56,161 bases of DNA from an uncultured Bacteroidales bacterium (lineage in GTDB: Bacteria; Bacteroidota; Bacteroidia; Bacteroidales; UBA10428): assembly GCA_964580815.1 (NCBI GenBank), contig CAZOLY010000001.1, positions 1 to 56,161 on the forward strand, written 5' to 3'. This document shows, piece after piece, positions 1 to 8,925 of the stretch (position 1 is the first letter of the stretch; every line of letters begins with the position of its first letter). A program made the position numbers and the translations under genes. The notes beneath the pieces are model-generated. The model was not told the DNA's origin. It made no database searches and worked only from the letters and a program-made list of their open reading frames with translations.

Positions 1-290
1 CTTCCCTGGTATTTATCATCTATGGCAATGGCAAAATAATTAAAGTTGTTATACATATTCTGGTCTTTCAAAAAAACATAGCAGGCGCTGCCCCTGAATT
101 TCAATTCAAAGTAAGCCCCGGCTCCGCTCAATTTTGGCTTTTTGGGATCTGTAAAGTCAATCCTTCCTGTATACCTGATATTATCATTATCAGGCATGAA
201 CAAAGACAGATGTTTTGACGATGAGCGGCTGCAATCGGAAATAAAAAAACATGCCAGAAACAGAATAATAATTAACCGAATTTTAGTCAT
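1..290 (-). CDS. Secreted or lipoprotein hydrolase-like protein, N-terminal part only. The 3' end runs off the window start. It resembles the beta-sandwich N-domain found on SGNH/GDSL (CE2-type) esterases.
   Basis: My translation of the minus strand from the ATG at 290..288 gives MTKIRLIIILFLACFFISDCSRSS...IRYTGRIDFTDPKKPKLSGAGAYFELKFRGSACYVFLKDQNMYNNFNYFAIAIDDKYQG, open to position 1. It has a hydrophobic signal peptide with Cys residues. It is absent from the ORF track because no stop lies inside the window. Confidence 0.45.
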   Translation of the reverse strand, partial: MTKIRLIIILFLACFFISDCSRSSSKHLSLFMPDNDNIRYTGRIDFTDPKKPKLSGAGAYFELKFRGSACYVFLKDQNMYNNFNYFAIAIDDKYQG

Positions 291-536
291 GACCGTTTTT
301 ATTTAAATTACATTCTGCAAATTAATAAAATAATGAAATTAGTTTTTCTTTTTTTATAATATTCATGAAATCATGAATCAGGGACCGTACAAAGTTCAAT
401 CTCATTTTCATCCCTGGGTTAATAAATAAACAGGAATTCCCTGGACAGGCTAAAGTTATTTTTTTATTTAAATTGGGTTATGCAACCTATTTATAATTTC
501 AATGTCTTTATGGCATTAATAGTAAATAAAAAAATA

Positions 537-1727
537 ATGAAATTCAGATTATTATTTGTTTGTTCCCTTTTACATATATTAATAAACATATATGCTCAGG
601 AAGATGATAAGGATTACGACAACAGGCCTTTCCAGGTTACATTTATAACTCCGATTGGAACGAACGGAACAGGTTCACCCCGGATAATAAATAAATTATC
701 ATTTAACATCCTGGCAGGTTATAATGGAGGAGTGGACGGATTTGAACTTGGTGGATTTTTAAATCTGTCCGATGATTATGTTAAGGGAGTACAGATAGCA
801 GGCTTTGGCAATATTGTAGGGGGTGACGTTGAGGCAGCCCAGATAGCAGGATTCATGAATATTGACGGAGGTGAAGTAATCGGGGTGCAGACTTCGGGAT
901 TTATAAATATTGCAGGCGGTGATGCCGAGGCTGTTCAAATCGGAGGGTTTGCCAATTTATCCGGGGCATTAGAAGGTGTGCAGGTGTCGGGATTTGGGAA
1001 TATTGCTGCAGAAACCAGCGGTGTCCAGGTTGCCGGCTTCGGGAACCTGGCCGAAGGGTCGGAAGGGGTTCAGGTAGGAGGCTTTATGAATATAAGTGAT
1101 GATATAAAAGGTATCCAGGTGGCAGGCTTCCTGAATGCAGCAAGTGATATGGAGGGAATCCAGACAGCAGGATTTATTAATATTGCCAGGAATGTCAAGG
1201 GAGTGCAGATTGCCGGATTTATAAACATTTGTGATACAATTGACGGTATAGCCCTGGCTCCAATTAGTATAGTTAAAAAAGGGGGATATAGAAGATTCGA
1301 GTTCTGGGCGAATGAGACATTCTTCATGAACACATCATTCAAAATCGGAGTAAAGCACTTCTATACGGTTTATACTCTGGGATTTAAACCTGTTTCCGGT
1401 GATTTTAATACAGGAATAGGCTTTGGAATAGGGACAAACATAGCACTGACCTCCAATAATTCTATTGATTTGGAAGCCCATACTTATATTGTCAACAGGT
1501 ATTTCTGGGAAAACTGGTACTATAATTCTCTGAACCAGTTAAGAGTGAGTTTTAACTATCAGCTATCTGAACATTTCAGCATTTTTGCAGGTCCGACGTT
1601 CAATATTCTGGTTGCAGATATAATTACATATGCTGATGAGATAGCGCCGCCGTGGGCATTCAGAATAGCTGACAGGAAAGACAGTATCAGGGGATGGTTC
1701 GGATTTAATATAGGTATGAGGTTTTAA
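537..1727 (+). CDS. Outer-membrane repeat protein: signal peptide, about 12 tandem 15-16-aa G[VI]Q[VI]AGFxN[IL] repeats, and a C-terminal beta-barrel-like domain ending in F
   Basis: The ORF is 480..1727. The internal ATG at 537 gives a canonical signal peptide (MKFRLLFVCSLLHILINIYAQ). There are ten clean repeat cores: GVQIAGFGNI, AAQIAGFMNI, GVQTSGFINI, AVQIGGFANL, GVQVSGFGNI, GVQVAGFGNL, GVQVGGFMNI, GIQVAGFLNA, GIQTAGFINI and GVQIAGFINI. The C-terminal half is rich in alternating aromatic/Gly strands and ends ...GFNIGMRF. Confidence 0.8.
   Translation: MKFRLLFVCSLLHILINIYAQEDDKDYDNRPFQVTFITPIGTNGTGSPRIINKLSFNILAGYNGGVDGFELGGFLNLSDDYVKGVQIAGFGNIVGGDVEAAQIAGFMNIDGGEVIGVQTSGFINIAGGDAEAVQIGGFANLSGALEGVQVSGFGNIAAETSGVQVAGFGNLAEGSEGVQVGGFMNISDDIKGIQVAGFLNAASDMEGIQTAGFINIARNVKGVQIAGFINICDTIDGIALAPISIVKKGGYRRFEFWANETFFMNTSFKIGVKHFYTVYTLGFKPVSGDFNTGIGFGIGTNIALTSNNSIDLEAHTYIVNRYFWENWYYNSLNQLRVSFNYQLSEHFSIFAGPTFNILVADIITYADEIAPPWAFRIADRKDSIRGWFGFNIGMRF
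699..1271 (+). repeat. Intragenic tandem repeat array, about 45-48 nt (15-16 codons) per unit, with about 10 clear and 2-3 degenerate copies
   Basis: The GF-N cores sit at residues 103, 119, 135, 151, 166, 181, 196, 211, 226 and 241 of the 415-aa ORF, giving a spacing of 16,16,16,15,15,15,15,15,15 aa. Degenerate copies flank the array (FNILAGYNGG, FELGGFLNLS, GIALAPISIV). Confidence 0.85.
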
Positions 1728-1754
1728 TGTCAGGTTAAATTAATAGGTTACTGG

Positions 1755-1786
1755 GGATACCATTTGTATGGTATCCTCTTTTTTTT
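1755..1786. terminator. Rho-independent terminator hairpin between convergent genes
   Basis: ggataccat-ttgt-atggtatcc forms a perfect 9-bp stem with a 4-nt loop, followed by tcttttttttat. It lies 28 nt after the stop at 1727. Confidence 0.7.
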
Positions 1787-2024
1787 ATAATAATAATGAA
1801 GCCAGCTCTTTGAGGTTTTTAATTATATAATCTGGTTTAGCAGTGTGTTCGCAGGGGATATTGTTATTCCTGTTCAGCCATACTGACCTGATTCCTGATG
1901 CTCCGGCACCTGCAATATCGGTATCTATGCTATCTCCAATCATTATTGCACTTTCCTTCCCGGCTCCGAACTTATTCAGGGCAATTTCAAAAATCTGCTT
2001 ATCGGGTTTTCCGTTTTTTTTCAT
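1785..2024 (-). pseudogene. C-terminal remnant of a HAD-superfamily hydrolase. Only motifs III and IV are present, and the nucleophile motif DxDxT is absent.
   Basis: The 79-aa ORF reads MKKNGKPDKQIFEIALNKFG...IMIGDSIDTDIAGAGASGIRSVWLNR. KPD is HAD motif III and GDSxxTD is motif IV. The upstream space is fully occupied by ung, and the fragment's ATG overlaps the ung stop (ATGA at 2024..2021). Confidence 0.55.
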
Positions 2025-2698
2025 ATACTCCAGTCAATTATTTCCAGTCCGTGACGGCTAAGTATGGAGTTGGTCTTTGAAAAATGTTTACAGCCGAAGA
2101 AGCCATTATCTGCGGAGTAAGGTGAGGGATGTGCTGCTTTAAGGATATAATGTTTGTTTGTGTCTATTAAGGTTTCTTTTGCCTGGGCGTATTTACCCCA
2201 TAGAAGAAATATTATGCCTGCCCTTTTTTCTGATATTTTAGTTATAACAGAGTCAGTGAATGTTTCCCATCCTTTATTCTGGTGGGAACCGGGTTGGTTG
2301 GCCCTTACTGTCAGCGTTGCATTTAACAACAATACACCCTGGGCTGCCCATTTTTCAAGGTTACCACGGGCGGGAAGGGGAATATTAAGGTCTGAGTTCA
2401 GTTCCTTAAAGATATTAACAAGTGAAGGAGGTTGCTGTATTCCGGCGGGTACGGAAAAGCATAATCCATGAGCCTGTCCTTTTCCGTGATACGGATCCTG
2501 TCCGAGCAATACGACTTTTAAATTTTCAAAGGTTGTTCTGTTGAAGGCATTAAAAATTAACCTGCCCGGAGGATAAATATTATAATGCCTCTTTTCTTCA
2601 ATTAAAAATTCCTTCAACCTTATGAAATATTCTGAATTAAATTCGTCATTTAAAACCTTTTTCCAGCTGTCTTCTATCCGGGGATTTATTATTGACAT
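2021..2698 (-). CDS. ung: Uracil-DNA glycosylase, family 1
   Basis: Motifs GQDPYHGKGQAHGLCFSV and HPSPYSA are present. The ORF-track start at 2737 is a TTG. The ATG at 2698 (MSIINPRIEDSWKKVL...) matches the usual Ung N-terminus. Confidence 0.93.
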   Translation of the reverse strand: MSIINPRIEDSWKKVLNDEFNSEYFIRLKEFLIEEKRHYNIYPPGRLIFNAFNRTTFENLKVVLLGQDPYHGKGQAHGLCFSVPAGIQQPPSLVNIFKELNSDLNIPLPARGNLEKWAAQGVLLLNATLTVRANQPGSHQNKGWETFTDSVITKISEKRAGIIFLLWGKYAQAKETLIDTNKHYILKAAHPSPYSADNGFFGCKHFSKTNSILSRHGLEIIDWSI

Positions 2699-2837
2699 TA
2701 TTATATTGATGTATAGGAACCAATTCAAAATGTCCAAAAATATATGAATCCCGATACATTAGCAAAAAATATTTTATTGAATTAGCAGCCGGAGTGAAGT
2801 GTTAGTAATTAAGGTTTTATCTAACAAATTAATTTTC

Positions 2838-2845
2838 TAAATTTG
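2838..2845 (+). promoter_or_regulatory. Candidate Bacteroidota -7 promoter box (TAnnTTTG) for the 2871-8847 operon
   Basis: TAAATTTG lies 26 nt upstream of the ATG at 2871. Confidence 0.35.
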
Positions 2846-2870
2846 AATAAAGAGCTGTATATATTAAATA

Positions 2871-5648
2871 ATGCTGTCAAAAAAAACCTTTATATCAGTA
2901 ATAATAGTATTCATTGCGGTACTATCTTTTCTTGCTTTCATATTCTTCAGGAACAGGCCTGTTAATACAAGTGAGCCATTAAAAGCTGTACCCCTGGATG
3001 CAGCATTTATCATTCGTATAAATGATTTTCGCAGCCTTATGAAAAACATACAAAAAGATAATAAGATATGGGAGGAGCTGCGGAAATTATCAATTTTCAG
3101 CAGGATGGATCAGCAGATGGGGTATCTTGAGTTCCTGAATTCTAATTATCCTGTTGCCAGGGAGTTGCTATTAAATGAACCATCATATATTTCCGCTCAT
3201 TATACGGGAAGAGGAAGGGTCAGCTTTATTTATTTTTATAAATTACCCAAAGGTGTGGGAGAAAGAAAGATTAATGAATTGATATCTAAATTATTAATTA
3301 ATTCGGGTACCATAACCCAGAGGAAGTATGAGGGAAGGATAATAAGTGACGTTAGATTACTAAATGAAGATGCGGTCAGAAATTTCTCTTATACTGTGAC
3401 AGGCGGACTGTTCATACTGAGTTTTTCATCCATCCTTGTTGAAGATGCCATCAGGCAATTAGACATGCCTAATTCTATTGTTCAACAGGCAGGATTTAAA
3501 GAGGTGCTGTCAACAGCAGGGAAAAATGTGGATGCCAACCTGTTTTTAAATTTTAAAAATTTACCCAAAGCTATTTCAACATGTATTAATCAAAAATACA
3601 AATCAAAGGTAAGATCATACGATTATTTTGCAAGCTGGGCCGAACTTGATATAAACATAAAAGAAAACATGCTTTTACTTAATGGATTTACGCATTTTTC
3701 AGATACCGCGAATTATACTGCAAATCTTTTTGTTGATCAAAATCCTCAGAAATTATATGCTGACAATATATTGCCGTCTTTTATTTCAAGTTTTCTGGCG
3801 ATTACTTTATCAGATATAAATACATATTTTGAAGATTATAAAGATTATCTTGACAAGCTGGGAAGTCTGAACAGATATCTCAGGGAAATAAATCTTATTA
3901 AAAACAAATATAATATTGATATAATTGATGAATTGGAATCCATCTTTGATAAAGAGATAGTTGTCGCAATAGATAACAGTAAAGTGAAGAATGAAGTTAC
4001 TGACACTTACATAATTCTCGGCACAAAAAGTAAAAGTCTGTCCGAAAAGAAGTTGCTGGATATACTAAAAAAAGTAGCCCAAAAAAATTCAGTTAAGGTG
4101 GATAATCTGACCTATAGCTGCAAAGTTGACAATGAATTATCTTATCCGGTTTATAATCTGCCCTTAAAGAACCTGACAGGCACAATATTTGGAGAGTTAT
4201 TCAACATTAACGGTGACACGTATTTTACTTTTATTGATAACTATGTGGTCTTTGGCAACTCAGTTAGGTCTTTATCCAAATTTATTATTAACAATGTCTT
4301 AAAAAAGACAATAGTAACAAATGAAGCATACAGGGAATATAAAAATAATTTATCCCCGCGTTCATCTGTATATTTTTACGCCAATCTGGGGCGTTCTTCT
4401 GCAGATTATGCCAGGTTTTTAACTGATGAAATATTCAAAGGCTGGGAAGAAAATATCCAGTTATTTCAAAAGGTGCAGATTTTTGGTTTCCAGCTTACTC
4501 CCAATAATGACCTGATCTACAACAATGTTTTTATAAAGTATATCTCCGGCGATATATATTCTCCGCATACTGTCTGGGAGAGCCGTCTTGATACGATCAT
4601 TGATTTTAAACCACAATTTGTTAAGAATCATTATAACCAGCAGAGTGAAATATTTGTGCAGGATTTAAAGAATAATATCTATTTAGTAAATAATGCCGGG
4701 CGAATATTATGGAAAGTAAATATAAATGAGAAAATAACAAGCAAAATATACCAGGTGGATTATTATAAGAACAGCAAATTGCAAATAATGTTCAGCACAA
4801 AAAACTATATTCATCTCATTGACAGGAATGGGAATTATGTAGAGAGATATCCTGTGAAGCTCAGATCACCGGCAACAAACGGGATGTCACTTTTTGACTA
4901 TGACAATAATAAGAATTACAGGATTTTCATTGCCTGTGAAGATAAACATATATATGCATATACTAAAGACGGGACGGTGATTAGCGGCTGGAATTTTGAT
5001 AAGACTGAAAGTGAAGTTAATCAGGATGTGAATCATTTCAGAATTGAGAATAAAGACTTCATAGTTTTTGGTGACAGATACAGGACATATATACTTGACC
5101 GCAAGGGGAATGTAAGGGTTAATGTTCAGGAGATATTTCCCCGGTCATTAAAAAATAATTATATACTTGACGAGAAAGATAATATTGGGGATTCGCGGAT
5201 TGTAATAACTGACACTGCCGGTATTGTTTATTTTATTTACCTGAATGGCAAAATTGAGAAATCAAAACTGGGAGAGTTTACCTGTGATCATTTTTTTGAT
5301 TATAAAGATATTGATGGCGACGGAAACAGGGATTTTATCTTTCTTGATAAAGAGTACCTTAAGGTATTTAAACATGATAAGACAAAACTGTTTGACTATA
5401 ATTTTGGCGAGGAAATAACAGTTGAGCCTGTATATTATTATTTTTCATATTCCGACAGGAAACTGGGGGTAGTATCAAAAAGTAAAAAGCTGATCTATTT
5501 AATTAATAATGATGGTTCGGTATATAAAGGATTCCCTCTCAGGGGGTGCACTTTGTTTAGCATCGGCTATTTTAGCAGTGCTACATCCCAGTTCAACTTA
5601 ATAGTAGGGAGTGATGAGAACTTTTTACTAAATTATATCGTACAATGA
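2871..5648 (+). CDS. Large membrane-anchored protein of unknown function with a C-terminal beta-propeller (FG-GAP/PQQ-like repeats)
   Basis: 925 aa. It has a single N-terminal TM helix (FISVIIVFIAVLSFLAFIFF). The C-terminal ~350 aa are repetitive and strand-rich, with a DIDGDGNRDFIF loop. The N-terminal region is reminiscent of DUF3352-type proteins, but this comes from memory only. Confidence 0.8.
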   Translation: MLSKKTFISVIIVFIAVLSFLAFIFFRNRPVNTSEPLKAVPLDAAFIIRINDFRSLMKNIQKDNKIWEELRKLSIFSRMDQQMGYLEFLNSNYPVARELLLNEPSYISAHYTGRGRVSFIYFYKLPKGVGERKINELISKLLINSGTITQRKYEGRIISDVRLLNEDAVRNFSYTVTGGLFILSFSSILVEDAIRQLDMPNSIVQQAGFKEVLSTAGKNVDANLFLNFKNLPKAISTCINQKYKSKVRSYDYFASWAELDINIKENMLLLNGFTHFSDTANYTANLFVDQNPQKLYADNILPSFISSFLAITLSDINTYFEDYKDYLDKLGSLNRYLREINLIKNKYNIDIIDELESIFDKEIVVAIDNSKVKNEVTDTYIILGTKSKSLSEKKLLDILKKVAQKNSVKVDNLTYSCKVDNELSYPVYNLPLKNLTGTIFGELFNINGDTYFTFIDNYVVFGNSVRSLSKFIINNVLKKTIVTNEAYREYKNNLSPRSSVYFYANLGRSSADYARFLTDEIFKGWEENIQLFQKVQIFGFQLTPNNDLIYNNVFIKYISGDIYSPHTVWESRLDTIIDFKPQFVKNHYNQQSEIFVQDLKNNIYLVNNAGRILWKVNINEKITSKIYQVDYYKNSKLQIMFSTKNYIHLIDRNGNYVERYPVKLRSPATNGMSLFDYDNNKNYRIFIACEDKHIYAYTKDGTVISGWNFDKTESEVNQDVNHFRIENKDFIVFGDRYRTYILDRKGNVRVNVQEIFPRSLKNNYILDEKDNIGDSRIVITDTAGIVYFIYLNGKIEKSKLGEFTCDHFFDYKDIDGDGNRDFIFLDKEYLKVFKHDKTKLFDYNFGEEITVEPVYYYFSYSDRKLGVVSKSKKLIYLINNDGSVYKGFPLRGCTLFSIGYFSSATSQFNLIVGSDENFLLNYIVQ

Positions 5649-5668
5649 TTATACTAATAATTTGAGAT

Positions 5669-7333
5669 ATGAAACCGTTTAAAACCAATTTGAAAAGTGC
5701 ACTGTTATTCCTGTGCAGTACATTTGTAGTCTTTCAATCATGCATGAAAGACAAACTCGATTTTGAAAATGTGTCCAGCCGTATTGAATATAATCCAAAA
5801 TTTAATGCCCCTCTTATTAAGGGTTCTTTTTCCATTGAGGATATAGTTAGTGATGATTCTGAAGATTCAGTTATTATTTTTCGTGGTGAAGAGGTTATAT
5901 TCCTTCTTAAGATGGATTCCATTTATCTTGTTGATGTATCAGATCTTATAAATATTCCGAAACAAGATTCTATTATTTACACTATACCGACCGTACCAAT
6001 TACAACGGATATACCTGCGGAAGGAAAGGATACTATAGAACAGCAAGAGGAATATGAGATAAAACTTGAAAATAATATACGTGTAGACAGTATATTTCTA
6101 AGTTCGGCTTTTTTAAATGTAAAGGTCACATCTACTTTTAACATTGCAGGAACTCTGAGAATTAATATCCCCTCAATTCATATGAATAATGCAGAATTTA
6201 ATGAATATGTGCCATTAAGTGCAAGAGTTTCGGGAGAATTTGATACAACTGTTATATGTCCTCTGGAAAATGCTATAGTCATTCCGGAATATTCAATGAC
6301 AGGCAGGAGTTATCTTAATATTAATTTTACGATTTATCTGGATGCCGAAGCCGGTGATACAATTAGAGCCAATAGCGAAACAGATATTGATTTTTCGATT
6401 AAAGGGCTGGAAGATTTTGAAACATTATTTGGCTATGCAGGAGAAAAGATGTTTGTCAGGGATACTGTATTTGAGATTGATTTAGGTGCACTCGAAGGTG
6501 TTACCGGGACATTTGCTATAACTAATCCAAAGATAAATATAGACTATGTACATACATTTGGATTACCTATCGGATTTAATATGATTATTAAAGGTTTTTT
6601 CGGGAATGGTGATAGTGTTATTTTAAATCCGGGGATGGATATAATGAATTTTTCATCAGACTATTTATCACCTGAGGCTAGTGGAGTGATGGTTATTGAC
6701 AGGCAAAATACTTCAAATATTGATGAGTTTCTTGTGTTTCCTGCTCCTGATGAAATTGGATATAATCTTGCAATTACTGCAAATCCTGCTAAGGATACAA
6801 CAACAAGTAATTATGTTTTTTATAATAGCGAAGTCGTATATAATATGGAAGTTGAAATTCCACTTGAATTCAGGGCTGATTTGCAGTTCAGGGATACTTT
6901 AAAATTTAACCTGGGTGCAGATACCACAGAAGAAATAGACTATATTGAATATGCCAGGTTATACTATTCATTCAGAAATGAATTTCCAATTAACCTGGAT
7001 CCTTTCTTAATCCTCTATGATTCGATAACAGATACAAGAATAGATACAATTAAGCTAAATGAGACCGGTGATAATTATTTCATTAATGCAGCACCGGTAG
7101 ATTCTGATGGTGAAAGTATCATTGCGGAAGTCAGAGAATTTGAAGGGATGATAAACCTTGATGAAGATAAAGTATATAAGTTGCTTAATGATGCAAACAA
7201 GTTAATTATTGTTGGAAAGTTCAGCTCATTTGATCCTGATAATGTCAGTTCTGTAAAAATATTAAAAAGCTACTCACTTGATTTTAAGTTCGGGCTGGAT
7301 GCCAGGATAAATTATTCTAAAACCCCGGATTAA
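5669..7333 (+). CDS. Lipoprotein of unknown function
   Basis: 554 aa. The signal peptide ends in a lipobox-like VVFQSC. It lies 20 nt after the previous stop. I recognised no catalytic motif. Confidence 0.75.
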   Translation: MKPFKTNLKSALLFLCSTFVVFQSCMKDKLDFENVSSRIEYNPKFNAPLIKGSFSIEDIVSDDSEDSVIIFRGEEVIFLLKMDSIYLVDVSDLINIPKQDSIIYTIPTVPITTDIPAEGKDTIEQQEEYEIKLENNIRVDSIFLSSAFLNVKVTSTFNIAGTLRINIPSIHMNNAEFNEYVPLSARVSGEFDTTVICPLENAIVIPEYSMTGRSYLNINFTIYLDAEAGDTIRANSETDIDFSIKGLEDFETLFGYAGEKMFVRDTVFEIDLGALEGVTGTFAITNPKINIDYVHTFGLPIGFNMIIKGFFGNGDSVILNPGMDIMNFSSDYLSPEASGVMVIDRQNTSNIDEFLVFPAPDEIGYNLAITANPAKDTTTSNYVFYNSEVVYNMEVEIPLEFRADLQFRDTLKFNLGADTTEEIDYIEYARLYYSFRNEFPINLDPFLILYDSITDTRIDTIKLNETGDNYFINAAPVDSDGESIIAEVREFEGMINLDEDKVYKLLNDANKLIIVGKFSSFDPDNVSSVKILKSYSLDFKFGLDARINYSKTPD

Positions 7334-7365
7334 TAAATAATAGTGATTAAAATAAACTTGAAAGC

Positions 7366-8847
7366 ATGAAAACCCTGAAAAAGAGAATGACATCAAATTA
7401 TAGAAATAAATTTTTTAAAACAGCCTTAATAAGTTTTATTATTATGCTTTTCTGCAGAGGATATATTTTGGGACAGCAGAGTAATATTCTTTATTTTATG
7501 AACGGCGTGCCACAGTCCTACCTCGTAAATCCTGCAACCCAGCCAGGCTGTGATCTTTATATCGGTATCCCAGCAATATCGCCGGTCCAGGTATTTGTCG
7601 AAAACAGCAGTTTTAGTATTAGTGATGTTATGTGGTATGAGGGAGACACCACGAGGCTTTTTTTTAATACTACGGAATCACAGCGCGATTTTTTACGCAA
7701 CCTGGGTAACAGCAACTACATATCAACTGAAGTAAGTACAAATATTTTTTCTTTTGGTTTCAGGACAGGGGACATTTACGTTACTTATGATTTAACAGAA
7801 AGATTATCATTCAAGTTTTCTTATCCGGGTGACCTGGCCAGGTTTGCCTTTGAAGGCAATGAGCGTGGAGATGAGTTTAATTTTAGCAGCCTGGGAATTG
7901 AGGCGGTTGGATTTCTGGAATTTGCAGCCGGGGTATCGCATAAAATTAATGATCAGATTACACTTGGGTACAGGGCAAAAATTCTGTTCGGGCAGGGAAA
8001 TATTTCAACAAGGCACATGAATTTAAAGCTAATAACTGACGTGGACTGGACTGTACGTTCCAGTTTTGATCTGAACGCAACTTTACCATTTGTAGATATT
8101 CCAACTGATGAAAGCGGGGATTTCAGGTTTGATGATATTGAGACACAGGAGAATTTATCTGCCGTCGACTATGTAAGAATGGTAACCGGGAACAAGGGGT
8201 TTGCAGTTGATGCAGGCCTTCATTATGTGCCTATGGACAAGCTTACATTGTCGGCAAGTCTTCTTGATGTCGGATTTATAAGGTGGAAACATAATACATA
8301 CAATATCAGTCAGGATGTAGAATATATATATGACGGAATAGAACTTGATTTTGGAGAAACTGACAGTATTTTCAATAACTTCCTTGATTCTTTGGAAAAT
8401 ACTTTCATATTCAGTAATTCAGAAAAACCATATACTTCATTTCTGGGAGCTAAGCTATATGTGGGAGGCAAGTACCAGATAATTGATGAAATAAGCGTAG
8501 GTCTTTTATCACGCACTGAGATGTTTAAAGGACGGATAAGGGAACAATTAACTCTCTCGGCCAATTTTTATCCCATAAAACTGGTATCTGCCTCACTCAG
8601 CTACTCAATAATGGATAAAACATTTAATAATTTCGGCTTTGGATTATCCCTGAAACCAGGGCCGTTTAATATTTATCTGATAACTGACAATATTCCGTTT
8701 ACTTTTGCTGAAGAACAATCTTCGGGTGTACCCATACCATACAGGAACAGAAGTCTTAATCTCAGATTTGGATTCAACTTTGTTTTCGGGTGTGATAAAG
8801 AGAAAAGAAAAACGAAAGATCTGCCCTTAATAAGAACCTATCTTTAA
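7366..8847 (+). CDS. Outer-membrane beta-barrel protein of unknown function with a PorP/SprF-like mature N-terminus
   Basis: 493 aa with a signal peptide. The mature N-terminus QQSNILYFMNGVPQSYLVNPATQP can be compared with the PorP in this window (QQDYQVSHFMFDQISINPGSAG). The terminal strand is LNLRFGFNFVF, followed by a basic tail. Confidence 0.75.
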   Translation: MKTLKKRMTSNYRNKFFKTALISFIIMLFCRGYILGQQSNILYFMNGVPQSYLVNPATQPGCDLYIGIPAISPVQVFVENSSFSISDVMWYEGDTTRLFFNTTESQRDFLRNLGNSNYISTEVSTNIFSFGFRTGDIYVTYDLTERLSFKFSYPGDLARFAFEGNERGDEFNFSSLGIEAVGFLEFAAGVSHKINDQITLGYRAKILFGQGNISTRHMNLKLITDVDWTVRSSFDLNATLPFVDIPTDESGDFRFDDIETQENLSAVDYVRMVTGNKGFAVDAGLHYVPMDKLTLSASLLDVGFIRWKHNTYNISQDVEYIYDGIELDFGETDSIFNNFLDSLENTFIFSNSEKPYTSFLGAKLYVGGKYQIIDEISVGLLSRTEMFKGRIREQLTLSANFYPIKLVSASLSYSIMDKTFNNFGFGLSLKPGPFNIYLITDNIPFTFAEEQSSGVPIPYRNRSLNLRFGFNFVFGCDKEKRKTKDLPLIRTYL

Positions 8848-8925
8848 ATTTGATTGTTATTTAACTTTTTTGTAAGCCTGCTGTTTAAAAGATATTAATT
8901 TTACGGGTTATTAATTATTGAGTAA

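Noticed and set aside
1070-1342. 90-aa minus-strand ORF inside the repeat-protein gene
   Set aside because: It is an antisense shadow of the highly repetitive, Gly/Ala/Val-biased coding sequence. It has no motif and lies wholly inside a far better supported gene.
2879-2886. A8 homopolymer at codons 3-6 of the 925-aa gene, considered as a slipped-strand phase-variation switch
   Set aside because: Eight nucleotides is short for a contingency tract, and A/T runs of this length are common throughout this AT-rich window (for example the 9-T run at 19363-19371). There is no supporting evidence.
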